A stretch of DNA of 26,497 bases, taken from the NCBI RefSeq assembly GCF_002803295.2, contig NZ_PGGB02000002.1, forward strand, positions 37,252 through 63,748, in the 5' to 3' direction. The DNA comes from Caedibacter taeniospiralis. Its GTDB lineage: Bacteria > Pseudomonadota > Gammaproteobacteria > Francisellales > Francisellaceae. Under the pieces are notes generated by a model. The model was not told the DNA's origin. It ran no database searches and saw only the letters and a program-made list of their open reading frames with translations. Both the position numbers and the translations under genes were made by a program. This document shows, one piece after another, positions 1 to 7,737 of this stretch. How positions within the stretch are numbered: position 1 is the first letter of the stretch; each line of letters opens with the position of its first letter.

Positions 1-260
1 GAGTAGACCCGGGTAGCCTTGCGCTGTTGATCAGCAAGCGACGTGCCGAAGGCGCCAGAGCGAAGTCTGTGAAACAGCTTTTACCCAAGGCGTAGAGTAG
101 AATCGGAGGAGTGTTGTCCGTTCGGAATGAGCGTAGCGAATTTGTGAGGACATGCCGAGGAGGCGGACGGCCCGGGCAAAATTTATACCGCCGAGGATAG
201 CCGATTCGATTTTGTGTATGGATATACAAAATTTATCATGAGGCCCGAGGCACCCTACTG
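1..260. other. GC-rich non-coding block of unknown nature (possible structured RNA, or the tail of an element lying upstream of the window)
   Basis: No ORF of 60 aa or more on either strand. My hand count gives about 104 G+C in nt 1-180 (~58%), against visibly AT-rich surroundings. The 10-mer caaaatttat occurs at 177-186 and 227-236, each followed by ccgagg (191-196, 245-250; also 155-160). There is an imperfect hairpin at 209-232, and the block ends in caccctac (251-258). Confidence 0.3.
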
Positions 261-638
261 TTGAGTCTCAAAAAATCGGTCGAACTCAATAAGAAAAAGC
301 TCAGTAAAGCAAAACAGCTGCTGATGGAAATCTGCCTTGATCTTGTTTTTAATATGCGAATGCACCTGATCAGCGTGCACTATCTGGCAGAAACTTATCA
401 AGAAACCATGCAAAGCTTTATGCAAGGCAAGCACGAGATGGTTTTGTTTATTGTCAATGATTTAAAAAACATCATAGCACGTACGCCAATGCAGGCAGTG
501 CATGCGAAAGAAGTAGGAAAAGAGCATGCCATCGCTGATGCCGTAGATGCACAGATTGAGCAAAACTTACAGCAATTCCATGAATTAGCTTATCAAGCTC
601 AAAGCGCGTTAGACACATTCAAAAACTCCTGCCAGTAA
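261..638 (+). CDS. Hypothetical, predicted all-helical 125-aa protein; no family recognised
   Basis: Track ORF with a TTG start; an alternative ATG is at 324 (MEICLD...). It has no signal peptide and no motif I recognise, and it lies between two GC-rich repeat-bearing non-coding stretches. Confidence 0.45.
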   Translation: MSLKKSVELNKKKLSKAKQLLMEICLDLVFNMRMHLISVHYLAETYQETMQSFMQGKHEMVLFIVNDLKNIIARTPMQAVHAKEVGKEHAIADAVDAQIEQNLQQFHELAYQAQSALDTFKNSCQ

Positions 639-683
639 TTTGCGGACAGTTTTTCACTGACGGTGGGGTCCGTGGTGCACGTC

Positions 684-712
684 GGTGGATGCGCTACACT
701 GATCCACCCTAC
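684..712 (-). repeat. REP-like palindromic unit with a GTAG head
   Basis: The minus strand reads GTAGGGTGGATcagtgtAGCGCATCCACC. The stem is ggtggat (684-690) / atccacc (702-708), followed by ctac (709-712). The layout matches enterobacterial REPs (GTAG/CTAC tetranucleotide plus hairpin), and it shares GTAGGGTG-N8/9-AGCGCAT with 7772-7800. Confidence 0.5.
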
Positions 713-829
713 CGCAGAAAAATGGGCGAAGCTTACGTCATCACTCAAAGATGTCTGCCGCTAACTCCCTGGAGTTTTTATCCCATCAGCGATATGCTGG
801 GCTTATCCAAAGGCATTTTAAATTGAACC

Positions 830-1693
830 ATGATTAGGCTAAGTCCATTATTACAAGCTTTTTTAAGTGTGGAAAAAAATAAGACCGTGCACGCGGCGGC
901 AGAGACACTTTTTTTAACCCAAACGGCGGTGACACAAAGAATCAAACAGCTTGAGGATAAGCTGGGCGTGTCATTATTTATTCGTTCCAGAAAAGGCATG
1001 CAGTTGAGTGCTGAAGGTCAGATACTATTAAGATACTGCCATGACATGCAAAACCTGGAAAATAGTTATTTGCACAGTTTGAATATGACTGAAAGCAATC
1101 ATATCATTCCGATTAAAATCGTCTCTTCTTCAACCTTAATGAAGACACGGATTGTTGAACCTGCGTCAGCAATTGCCAAGATCTATCCACAATTAAGATT
1201 GCATTTGCAAATCCATGATATTGAAGCACGACACGAGATGCTAAGGATGGGGCAGGTTGATTTGGCGGTTGTCAGCAACAAACACGTTTCAAAGGAAATG
1301 TGTACCAAATCACTTCAGCCTGAGCGCTATGTGCTTATTGTGCCAAAAGAATGGCAGAGTAAATCCATTTTCGAAGTGGTAGCCAATGAAAATATTGTGG
1401 ATTTTGATCCCAGTGACAATATTACTTTTTCATATTTGGCAAAATACTGTTTACTAGAAAATGCACGTAAGGATCGACATTTTATTAACTCACCAGACCA
1501 GCTAGCACAACTTGTTGGTTTGGGTTTGGGATATACGGTAGTGACCAAGCAGTTTTATCAGCAGTATTGTGACCACAAAAGGGTAGTCATATCAAACCCG
1601 CATTGGTTTTATGATCATGAAACATCCTTGTGCTGGTATGATCGCGGCGTCTTGCCTCATTATTTCAAAGCATTGATTGATGCGATTGCATGA
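830..1693 (+). CDS. LysR-family transcriptional regulator, ArgP/IciA-like
   Basis: The N-terminal wHTH LLQAFLSVEKNKTVHAAAETLFLTQTAVTQRIKQLEDKLGVSLFIR resembles E. coli ArgP (ITQSAVSQRIKQLE). The 287-aa length and C-terminal effector-domain layout fit ArgP. It is convergent with the minus-strand cluster. Confidence 0.9.
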   Translation: MIRLSPLLQAFLSVEKNKTVHAAAETLFLTQTAVTQRIKQLEDKLGVSLFIRSRKGMQLSAEGQILLRYCHDMQNLENSYLHSLNMTESNHIIPIKIVSSSTLMKTRIVEPASAIAKIYPQLRLHLQIHDIEARHEMLRMGQVDLAVVSNKHVSKEMCTKSLQPERYVLIVPKEWQSKSIFEVVANENIVDFDPSDNITFSYLAKYCLLENARKDRHFINSPDQLAQLVGLGLGYTVVTKQFYQQYCDHKRVVISNPHWFYDHETSLCWYDRGVLPHYFKALIDAIA

Positions 1694-1744
1694 TAATGCC
1701 TTGGCAGCGCTTCTGTGAAATTTAAGACGAGCTTTAAACCGCCG

Positions 1745-1773
1745 AAAAGACAAAAACAGACTGTCGGGACAGT
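1745..1773 (-). terminator. Candidate intrinsic terminator for the minus-strand cluster
   Basis: The minus strand reads actgtcccgacagt (a 5-6 bp stem, 1760-1773) followed by ctgtttttgtctttt, 13 nt after the TAG of the 1786-2355 gene. The stem is short. Confidence 0.35.
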
Positions 1774-1785
1774 AATTAGTCGCTC

Positions 1786-2355
1786 CTATTCTGTATCAGA
1801 AAACAAGAGTTGAATGGGAGATTTTTCTAAGCACGATGGATTGCTGTTTTTTCCTCCTTTCTTTAGTGCATACTTCTCAATTCTTTCACCATTACGAGCA
1901 GTACAGCTAACGCTTATTGTATAGTAATCTAGTCTGGAAAATTCCCCTACATCAAAGCTAATATAGGTGTGATTTTCATCCAATATTTTAAATTGGTAAT
2001 TTAAGAATTGTGGCCAACAATTAAGTAACATGCCTGAATGATTCTCTGGAGAGATTTCTGCTTTCAAATTTTGCCCTGATTCGAGTTTGTACTTTGAGGC
2101 TAATTCTTTCTCAATCACTAGACCTGAACAATAAAAATCGATACTACTTTGATTGGTGAGAGTGACTGGAATATCAACACTTGAGCTGTTTTTCTCTGCA
2201 GTTATTCCAACATACGGAGCAAAAAAAATACTCAATATGACTATTCCCCATTTTCCAATTTTCTTATTGAATAAGCGCACATGTTTTAGAAACGTGCTTA
2301 GGTAATAACAAAAGAATGCCCATGCTATAGCAGGTGCCTCACTAACAATATTCAT
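1786..2355 (-). CDS. Small membrane-anchored or secreted hypothetical protein (189 aa), translationally coupled to the S8 peptidase
   Basis: Its ATG overlaps the TGA of the upstream gene (ATGA at 2352-2355). It has N-terminal hydrophobic segments (AIAWAFFCYYLSTFL; WGIVILSIFFAPYVGITA) followed by a beta-rich soluble part. An alternative GTG start at codon 26 would give a classical signal peptide (MRLFNKKIGKWGIVILSIFFAPYVGITA/EK). Confidence 0.6.
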   Translation of the reverse strand: MNIVSEAPAIAWAFFCYYLSTFLKHVRLFNKKIGKWGIVILSIFFAPYVGITAEKNSSSVDIPVTLTNQSSIDFYCSGLVIEKELASKYKLESGQNLKAEISPENHSGMLLNCWPQFLNYQFKILDENHTYISFDVGEFSRLDYYTISVSCTARNGERIEKYALKKGGKNSNPSCLEKSPIQLLFSDTE

Positions 2356-3968
2356 TTGATGCTCTCCATTTTTTCTGCTTCCAGGGTTATTTCTTCCACT
2401 TTTTGTATCGCGGCAGCGGCATTGACTCTTCCTGTCTCAAGGCAGAGAAGTGGTTGCTCACCACTAAAGTGACACCGCTGTTTGTCATTATCAAAAGGAG
2501 TTGCAGTTTCTTGTAAAATTTTGACTATTTGATCACGTGTCAAATCAGGATTGATTGATAGCATATCGGCAATAATGCCGCTTATCATGGGTGTTGCAAA
2601 TGAAGTACCTGACGTATTTTTATAGGTGAAACTGCCATTGCTATAAAAAGTAGTGTAGAAATTATTTCCATCGCCGCCAGGGGCTGCAATTTCAACGGTA
2701 TCATCAGAGGCTGAGTAGCCTGCAAGATCCCCGTTTTGCCCAAGCGCAGATACGGTAATTACTCCAGAACAAGTCGTTAATGGATTATATTTAGTAGGTA
2801 ATGCTAGATTGCCAGCAGCAACTACAGCAACTGCTTTGGCATCCAAGACAGCTAATGCTGCTTGTTCTAATGATGGGGAGATTACATCACATTCCCAAAG
2901 ATTTTGTTCAGGAACTGGTGAAGTTCCAAAGCTCATATTCAATACTTGTGCGGGGTTAGGGTTGTCAATAGTCGGGTGCATCCCTACTGCCCATAGCATA
3001 CCATCAATGAAATTACTGCTATAAGTAGGAAGGACTTTAACAGGCACAATCATTGCTTTTGGAGCAACGCCAAGTACCCCATTTCCCTGTATTTTTTGCC
3101 CTGCAATAACGCCAATAACCTGAGTTCCATGAATGTTGGGTTGCCCATCATTTAAGTCACTTAAAGCATCAGGGCGTGTTGCATCGTACATAAAGCGATA
3201 ACCGTAAACTCCTGGATGATTACTCAATCGCTGTAGCTGACTCATAAAATCAGGATGTGCTGTATACCCTGAATCAAGTACGGCAACGGTGACTCCTTCG
3301 CCTTCTGCGGCAAATAGTCGCTCATCCTGCTGATTAAAAATATTAGCACCATAACTAATCCCTCTTAGGGGATGCTCATATTTTCCATACATATACCATT
3401 GCATTATATTGGGCGCTGTGACACTGCCACCTCCAACAGGTTCGCTCATTGGGATAAGTTTTGGATTAGCTTCAACGCTAAGAACCCCTTCAAGCTCGCG
3501 CATTTGATTTAGCTGTTTCATGGTTAATTCGGTGCTGGATTCCAGAATATGCGCTCCAGTACTCATAGTTCCTTTATCTGTAAAGTGAATCCCAGAAGCC
3601 TTAAATAACTGATCTAATAGTTCAGTTGAGACAGGAGTATTCATTTGTAATTTTACAGCAGCCATTTGTGCAGCGAGTTTTGACGCTTTGGTCATTTTCC
3701 CTGTATAGGGGTTAACAGCAGTTTCCAAAAGGTGCTTTTGCTCCTCTGTTGGTTTCAACTTGATAATGATGCTATTAATTGGATATGCCTGAGGCAAGTC
3801 AGTGCTGGCAGGAACTTTCTGATGAGGTGCCGATTGGTTATCCATTTTTACTGTTTGTAATTGCGTATTCTCCTTAGCATGCTGTGATGGTATAGCATTG
3901 TCATTTGCATATACATTTCCTATTAAGCAAGCAGTCACCAGCGTTAACGCTTTTGTAATGTGCATCAT
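2352..3968 (-). CDS. S8-family (subtilisin-like) serine peptidase, secreted, with an N-terminal propeptide
   Basis: Catalytic triad motifs are VAVLDSGY (Asp), HGTQVIGVIAG (His) and SGTSFATPMISG (Ser), with the oxyanion Asn in NMSFG. The signal peptide is MMHITKALTLVTACLIGNVYA/ND. An SD aaggag lies 8 nt upstream of the ATG. Confidence 0.95.
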   Translation of the reverse strand: MMHITKALTLVTACLIGNVYANDNAIPSQHAKENTQLQTVKMDNQSAPHQKVPASTDLPQAYPINSIIIKLKPTEEQKHLLETAVNPYTGKMTKASKLAAQMAAVKLQMNTPVSTELLDQLFKASGIHFTDKGTMSTGAHILESSTELTMKQLNQMRELEGVLSVEANPKLIPMSEPVGGGSVTAPNIMQWYMYGKYEHPLRGISYGANIFNQQDERLFAAEGEGVTVAVLDSGYTAHPDFMSQLQRLSNHPGVYGYRFMYDATRPDALSDLNDGQPNIHGTQVIGVIAGQKIQGNGVLGVAPKAMIVPVKVLPTYSSNFIDGMLWAVGMHPTIDNPNPAQVLNMSFGTSPVPEQNLWECDVISPSLEQAALAVLDAKAVAVVAAGNLALPTKYNPLTTCSGVITVSALGQNGDLAGYSASDDTVEIAAPGGDGNNFYTTFYSNGSFTYKNTSGTSFATPMISGIIADMLSINPDLTRDQIVKILQETATPFDNDKQRCHFSGEQPLLCLETGRVNAAAAIQKVEEITLEAEKMESIK

Positions 3969-3993
3969 ATGAATTACTCCTTAGACGATAAGA

Positions 3994-5046
3994 CTAGTGA
4001 AAGCTATCCAGGTGTTCATTCAAACTTTCACAATTCATCGGTTGTCCTGTATATAGATACTTTGTTAGCTTCCTGGAAAGTATAAGATCTATTGCGGTCA
4101 TGTCCTGTTCGTTTGTCGTTGCATATACTAAGAAATCGCCATCTGGGTCATTCGCTCTATAAAGCGGCATCTCTTTACCGCTGTCTCTGGATACAAGGCG
4201 CGCAACCAAGGCGGTTTTTAGCGTGCTGCCATCAGTGGTGTAATCTGTTAGATAACCTGCACTCAGACTTGGAGGTATATTCGAGGTCTCGTTTCCTGAA
4301 AGGGTCTGCAAGCCCAAAATCCAGGGGTTATCCCAGGCAGTAATGAAACTATCTACTGTATTTACCCAGTCAGAAACCGCCCATAGACCGCATGACCAAT
4401 CTTTTACAGCACCTTCTTCAAAACCAGCCTCGCACAACGCATCGTGAATTTTATTGACAACGATACTCTTTCCTAAATTCAGTGCTATCTGCGTCAGATT
4501 TTCGCCTGATTGTCCTAAGGTATAATTGAGATAATATTGCCTCACAGGAACCTGAACTTCGCTCCATTTATTTGTAGGCACTGTGCTACAAAATTGATCA
4601 TCATAAACATTAAACTCAAGCACACTTGACCAGGCAAAATTGAGTTTAGATGAAGGCTTTCCAGGATGAAAATCAGCATCACGTCCTCCTGACATGACTG
4701 CAGAGTAATTATTGCCAACTTTTTTGTTGAAAAAACTTGCAGCATCTGTGTTGCCTTTTCTTCCTACTTCCCAAAAGCAGTGGATCGGATTTTGAGCGTT
4801 TCCACTCTCATTGTAGGTGAAACATCCTGGATCCTTAGCATCTTTTCTTTGGTCAGATGGAATGGAGTAATTTGTGGTAGCTTCACCTGCAATACCATAA
4901 GTCACATCTTGAGCATCCATTTGATTGCCGTGATGATCCTTAACTGTAATGTAAAATGATTCGTTATGTGTATAGACTTTAGCGTTGATATTACTGGCAA
5001 ATGCCAATAAACCTAGAAATATGGGGAGTATTTTTTTGTGATTCAT
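3994..5046 (-). CDS. Secreted hypothetical protein (350 aa); no family recognised
   Basis: It has a clear Sec signal peptide (MNHKKILPIFLGLLAFASNINA/KVY) and an SD aagga 7-8 nt upstream. The mature part contains several Cys, and the gene ends in TAG. Confidence 0.75.
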   Translation of the reverse strand: MNHKKILPIFLGLLAFASNINAKVYTHNESFYITVKDHHGNQMDAQDVTYGIAGEATTNYSIPSDQRKDAKDPGCFTYNESGNAQNPIHCFWEVGRKGNTDAASFFNKKVGNNYSAVMSGGRDADFHPGKPSSKLNFAWSSVLEFNVYDDQFCSTVPTNKWSEVQVPVRQYYLNYTLGQSGENLTQIALNLGKSIVVNKIHDALCEAGFEEGAVKDWSCGLWAVSDWVNTVDSFITAWDNPWILGLQTLSGNETSNIPPSLSAGYLTDYTTDGSTLKTALVARLVSRDSGKEMPLYRANDPDGDFLVYATTNEQDMTAIDLILSRKLTKYLYTGQPMNCESLNEHLDSFH

Positions 5047-5174
5047 TATTAGTTTCCTTCTAGTCTTTGTTGGTTTCCTGATAACCTGATGGCAGTTTCC
5101 ATTAAGCTATGAGCATGAATATAGTTACTTTTTTTAAAATAGTAATGGTTTAGATAAATATTTATTCAAATTAA

Positions 5175-6794
5175 TTACACCCCACCACGTACACACATAA
5201 TGTAAAAATTCCTTGGTGCACTTCCATATGCAGTCTCTACGCTGGTCTTATCAGCATAATGCAAGTCACCATCCCAGGTTCGTACTGTCCAGCCGTAACT
5301 GGAATTTTTTTCGGTATTAGCAAGGGTAGTACTTGTCCAATATTCTCCTTTTATATCATCATTTCCGCCTGAAATATTTTCAAATGGGGTATGTAGATTC
5401 AGCTGATCAGCCTGATTCGTAACTGATAGATCCAGCAAGCTCATCCATTCAAATACATTGGGAGCACGCCAGTCATCCTTATCTGCCAAGGATAAATTGG
5501 CACAAGTTTTTATGGCATCCCGCCAGTTTAATGGGTTGCCTTCATTATTAAGGCTGGGATCTTTTTGCCATATCAATCCCGATAAGGTATCTATAACGGT
5601 CCCATCGTTATTATCATTGAAGCGTGAAGCAATATTCCATTGCAAACCTGTTTGATGCTCGCCATCTTCTCCTGAGCCACTACATGATCTTTCAACACCA
5701 TCTATGCCATAACATAATTTCTGACCAGTTTGCAGTACAGGACTACTGCTGTCAGGTACCGCTTCACCTCTGACACACCAGGTTCTCACCCTGCTGTCAC
5801 TTGCTTTTTCTAACAATCCATAAAGTGTATTACCATCGGTTAATCCTATTGCCCAGGCATAACTCGTATTCGCCATGACTGTTGTGCTACTCCAGTAGCC
5901 TTTGTTAACGTTAGAGAATCCTAAGGCATTTAAAATATCCATTGGTTTTGCGCCATAGTTAATAATACTTTGCAATTCATTGCGATTTGGTAGGCGCCAA
6001 TCACTATATTCACCCTGGTTAAGCTCCATGCAGGTTGTCAGTGCGGTTGTCCAATCCACTGTATTTCCTTCATTATTAACACTAGGGTCTTGCTGCCACA
6101 TAAGTCCTGTTAGGTTATCGCTAACGGTTGTATCATTGTTCACGGTGAATCGTGATGACATATCTAGAGATTGACCTGCTTTGATTTCACCATCTTGTCT
6201 TGGAAAATCTTCCGCTTCAGTACAAAGTATTTCGCCATCCATCCCATAACACTTAGTTTGACCTGTTGCAGAAATAATCCTATTAGAAGGCAGAAAAGTC
6301 ATTGAAATCGGGTATTTAATCACACTGTTGGTCGCGCCATCCAGTGTGGCAACAATTTCTCCAGAGACATTTTTTCCTAAACCTGAAGTATCGGTGATAT
6401 TAAATGCAATATTGCAGCTTTCTCCTGGCTGAAGGACTGCACCTGTTTGAGTCACAGGATCATAACAGTTGGCGTTAGCTCCCACCCCATTTGTGTTGGT
6501 TAGGCTAAACTGAACACCCTCCACCATAGGATAAGTAATGTTATTAACATGAATACTGTTGTAAGTTACAGCACCAACAGGAATAGATGCACCTCGACCC
6601 GAATTACTTATAGTTGCCTCAAAATACCCTGGAATATTTGAAAGAATCGTCATAGGCACATCACGCGCAACCTGTCCTGTAACCTGAGCTGCGATGGGGG
6701 TACTGATATTTTCTTCGCCGCTGCTACCGCCACCGCAGCCTGTAAGAAGTGTTGCTAACATTAGTGCACTTAAGTGTCTTTTAGTGATTTTCAT
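5175..6794 (-). CDS. Lipoprotein with an N-terminal Cys-pair beta-sandwich domain and two tandem DUF1566 (Lcl C-terminal, lectin-like) domains
   Basis: The lipobox is MKITKRHLSALMLATLLTG/CGGGS. Two DUF1566 units carry CYG.DG...GL(M/I)WQ.DPS.NNEGN..W..A...C..L......DWR.PN..E.......YW(S/T)STT. The antisense track ORFs at 5458 and 5980 are mutually similar and lie 522 nt apart, which confirms the internal duplication. Confidence 0.9.
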   Translation of the reverse strand: MKITKRHLSALMLATLLTGCGGGSSGEENISTPIAAQVTGQVARDVPMTILSNIPGYFEATISNSGRGASIPVGAVTYNSIHVNNITYPMVEGVQFSLTNTNGVGANANCYDPVTQTGAVLQPGESCNIAFNITDTSGLGKNVSGEIVATLDGATNSVIKYPISMTFLPSNRIISATGQTKCYGMDGEILCTEAEDFPRQDGEIKAGQSLDMSSRFTVNNDTTVSDNLTGLMWQQDPSVNNEGNTVDWTTALTTCMELNQGEYSDWRLPNRNELQSIINYGAKPMDILNALGFSNVNKGYWSSTTVMANTSYAWAIGLTDGNTLYGLLEKASDSRVRTWCVRGEAVPDSSSPVLQTGQKLCYGIDGVERSCSGSGEDGEHQTGLQWNIASRFNDNNDGTVIDTLSGLIWQKDPSLNNEGNPLNWRDAIKTCANLSLADKDDWRAPNVFEWMSLLDLSVTNQADQLNLHTPFENISGGNDDIKGEYWTSTTLANTEKNSSYGWTVRTWDGDLHYADKTSVETAYGSAPRNFYIMCVRGGV

Positions 6795-6964
6795 TCTATT
6801 TTCCTTATGGTTTCTAGTGTTTTTAATATCAAGTGTGATTTATACTTACACCAAAGAAGGTTGGATAACGACCTTATCGATTTGGTGAGTGTATTTTATG
6901 ACCAGAAAATAGAATTGAAGAGTGGGGAAGTTTGTGAAACAAAAGGAATTTTTCCCAGGGGGAG
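6731..6964 (-). repeat. Copy A of the duplicated promoter/5'UTR/lipoprotein-signal module
   Basis: It aligns without gaps to 13821-14054 at an offset of exactly 7,090 nt, with about 204/234 identical by hand count. The 170 nt non-coding part matches at about 150/170. Shared elements are a candidate -10 cataaaat (TAAAAT = 6893-6898 on the minus strand), the dyad ggaatttttcc (6945-6955) and the inverted repeat caccaaa/tttggtg (6849-6855 / 6881-6887). Confidence 0.85.
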
Positions 6965-7223
6965 TTTGTGTTGTTTAGCCGAAAATTCGGCAACAGCTTT
7001 TATTTAAGGTTTTAAAGAAGGCTCTTTTGGTGTTTCAGGGAGGTATAAAAAAAGTGATGACGGTGTTGTTTAATTCCCATAAATATTGTAGTTTTATGAC
7101 AATTAATGCAAACCTGGTACAGCTCAGGTAAAGGGATAACGAAGTGATTAAGACTCAAGATTTGCTGGATGAACAGCAATGTTATTATGATGGTTATAGT
7201 GGATACACAACAATAATGAAAAT

Positions 7224-7579
7224 TTAGTGTTGGGTTTTACTTTTTAACTCTTTTTTCAATTTCAATACAGCACCACGATCAAGACCTGTACATTCAACCA
7301 CCAAATCATCACTGAGTCCTTTGGTAAGCATGGCTTTAGCTGTATGCTCTTTTTCTAAAAAGCGACCTTGCTGTATACCTTTTTGTACTCCTTGCTGTTC
7401 CCATTTCTCCGCTACCGTCATAACATCACCTTTCAAATTTGGTTTACTGTGGATGATTCTATCATAAAATTCTTCTGTTTCCATATCCGTTCGCCCGGCA
7501 GATACGTCATTAAAAAGCAAACGGCGAAGTCTCTATTGCTAATTAAATCCTTGAAAACGTGATCATGTTTATTTGTCAT
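7224..7579 (-). pseudogene. Rpn-family recombination-promoting nuclease/putative transposase (YhgA-like) remnant with a large internal deletion and a frameshift
   Basis: The N-terminus from the ATG at 7579 reads MTNKHDHVFKDLISNRDFAVCFLMTYLPGE, the HD.VFK...FL...LP signature of RpnA-like proteins. It runs straight into the family's C-terminal tail in another frame (MTVAEKWEQQGVQKGIQQGRFLEKEHTAKAMLTKGLSDDLVVECTGL). The ~180-aa PD-(D/E)XK core is missing. Confidence 0.7.
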
Positions 7580-7663
7580 TTATTACCTTAAGAAAAGCAT
7601 TAACCCCTTTTCCCCTACTGGAATCATCAAAACTTTTGAAAATAAATCCGATATTCTCCAGCG

Positions 7664-7686
7664 GTTACGTAACTGAAGTTACGTAA
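7664..7686. repeat. Palindrome/direct repeat gttacgtaac-tgaa-gttacgtaa
   Basis: It is read directly from the sequence. gttacgtaac is a perfect 10-bp palindrome, repeated 4 nt later. It lies just upstream of the decayed Rpn gene. Function unknown. Confidence 0.3.
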
Positions 7687-7737
7687 GGTACCACAAACCT
7701 GGCATCAGCTACAATACACGCTTTTGTCTTTTGGGCG

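Noticed and set aside
1-260. RNase P RNA 3' end, 5S rRNA or a group II intron fragment
   Set aside because: The only similarities to remembered E. coli sequences are scattered short strings (acccgggtag, tgccgaa, gtgaaac, cgtag). The conserved cores (P4 ACAGAACCCGGCUUA, the 5S loop E context, domain V with the AGC triad and GNRA loop) are absent, and no RT ORF follows.
2221-2228. Homopolymer tracts as phase-variation switches: A8 at 2221-2228 (T8 in the 189-aa gene), T8 at 14097-14104, and an A/T7 run near 5030
   Set aside because: Runs of 7-8 A/T are common in AT-rich genomes. None is G/C-type or clearly positioned between -35 and -10 elements, and I have no population data.
261-6794. A diversity-generating retroelement, with the lectin-like DUF1566 lipoprotein as the variable target and the 125-aa helical ORF as an Avd-like accessory protein
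   Set aside because: No reverse transcriptase ORF is present. I found no near-identical template/variable repeat pair for the 3' end of the DUF1566 gene. The two DUF1566 units are only about 45% identical at protein level. The 125-aa ORF lacks the Avd/four-helix-bundle motifs I know and lies 4.5 kb away on the other strand.
6694-7007. Plus-strand ORFs 6694-6888, 6774-7007 and 13757-13978, together with other antisense ORFs inside the large minus-strand genes (for example 2809-3024, 4092-4343, 5458-5655, 5980-6174, 11075-11263, 12128-12424, 12593-12847)
   Set aside because: They are antisense to strongly supported genes or sit in promoter regions. Their mutual similarity (6694 versus 13757; 5458 versus 5980) only mirrors the duplications on the coding strand.
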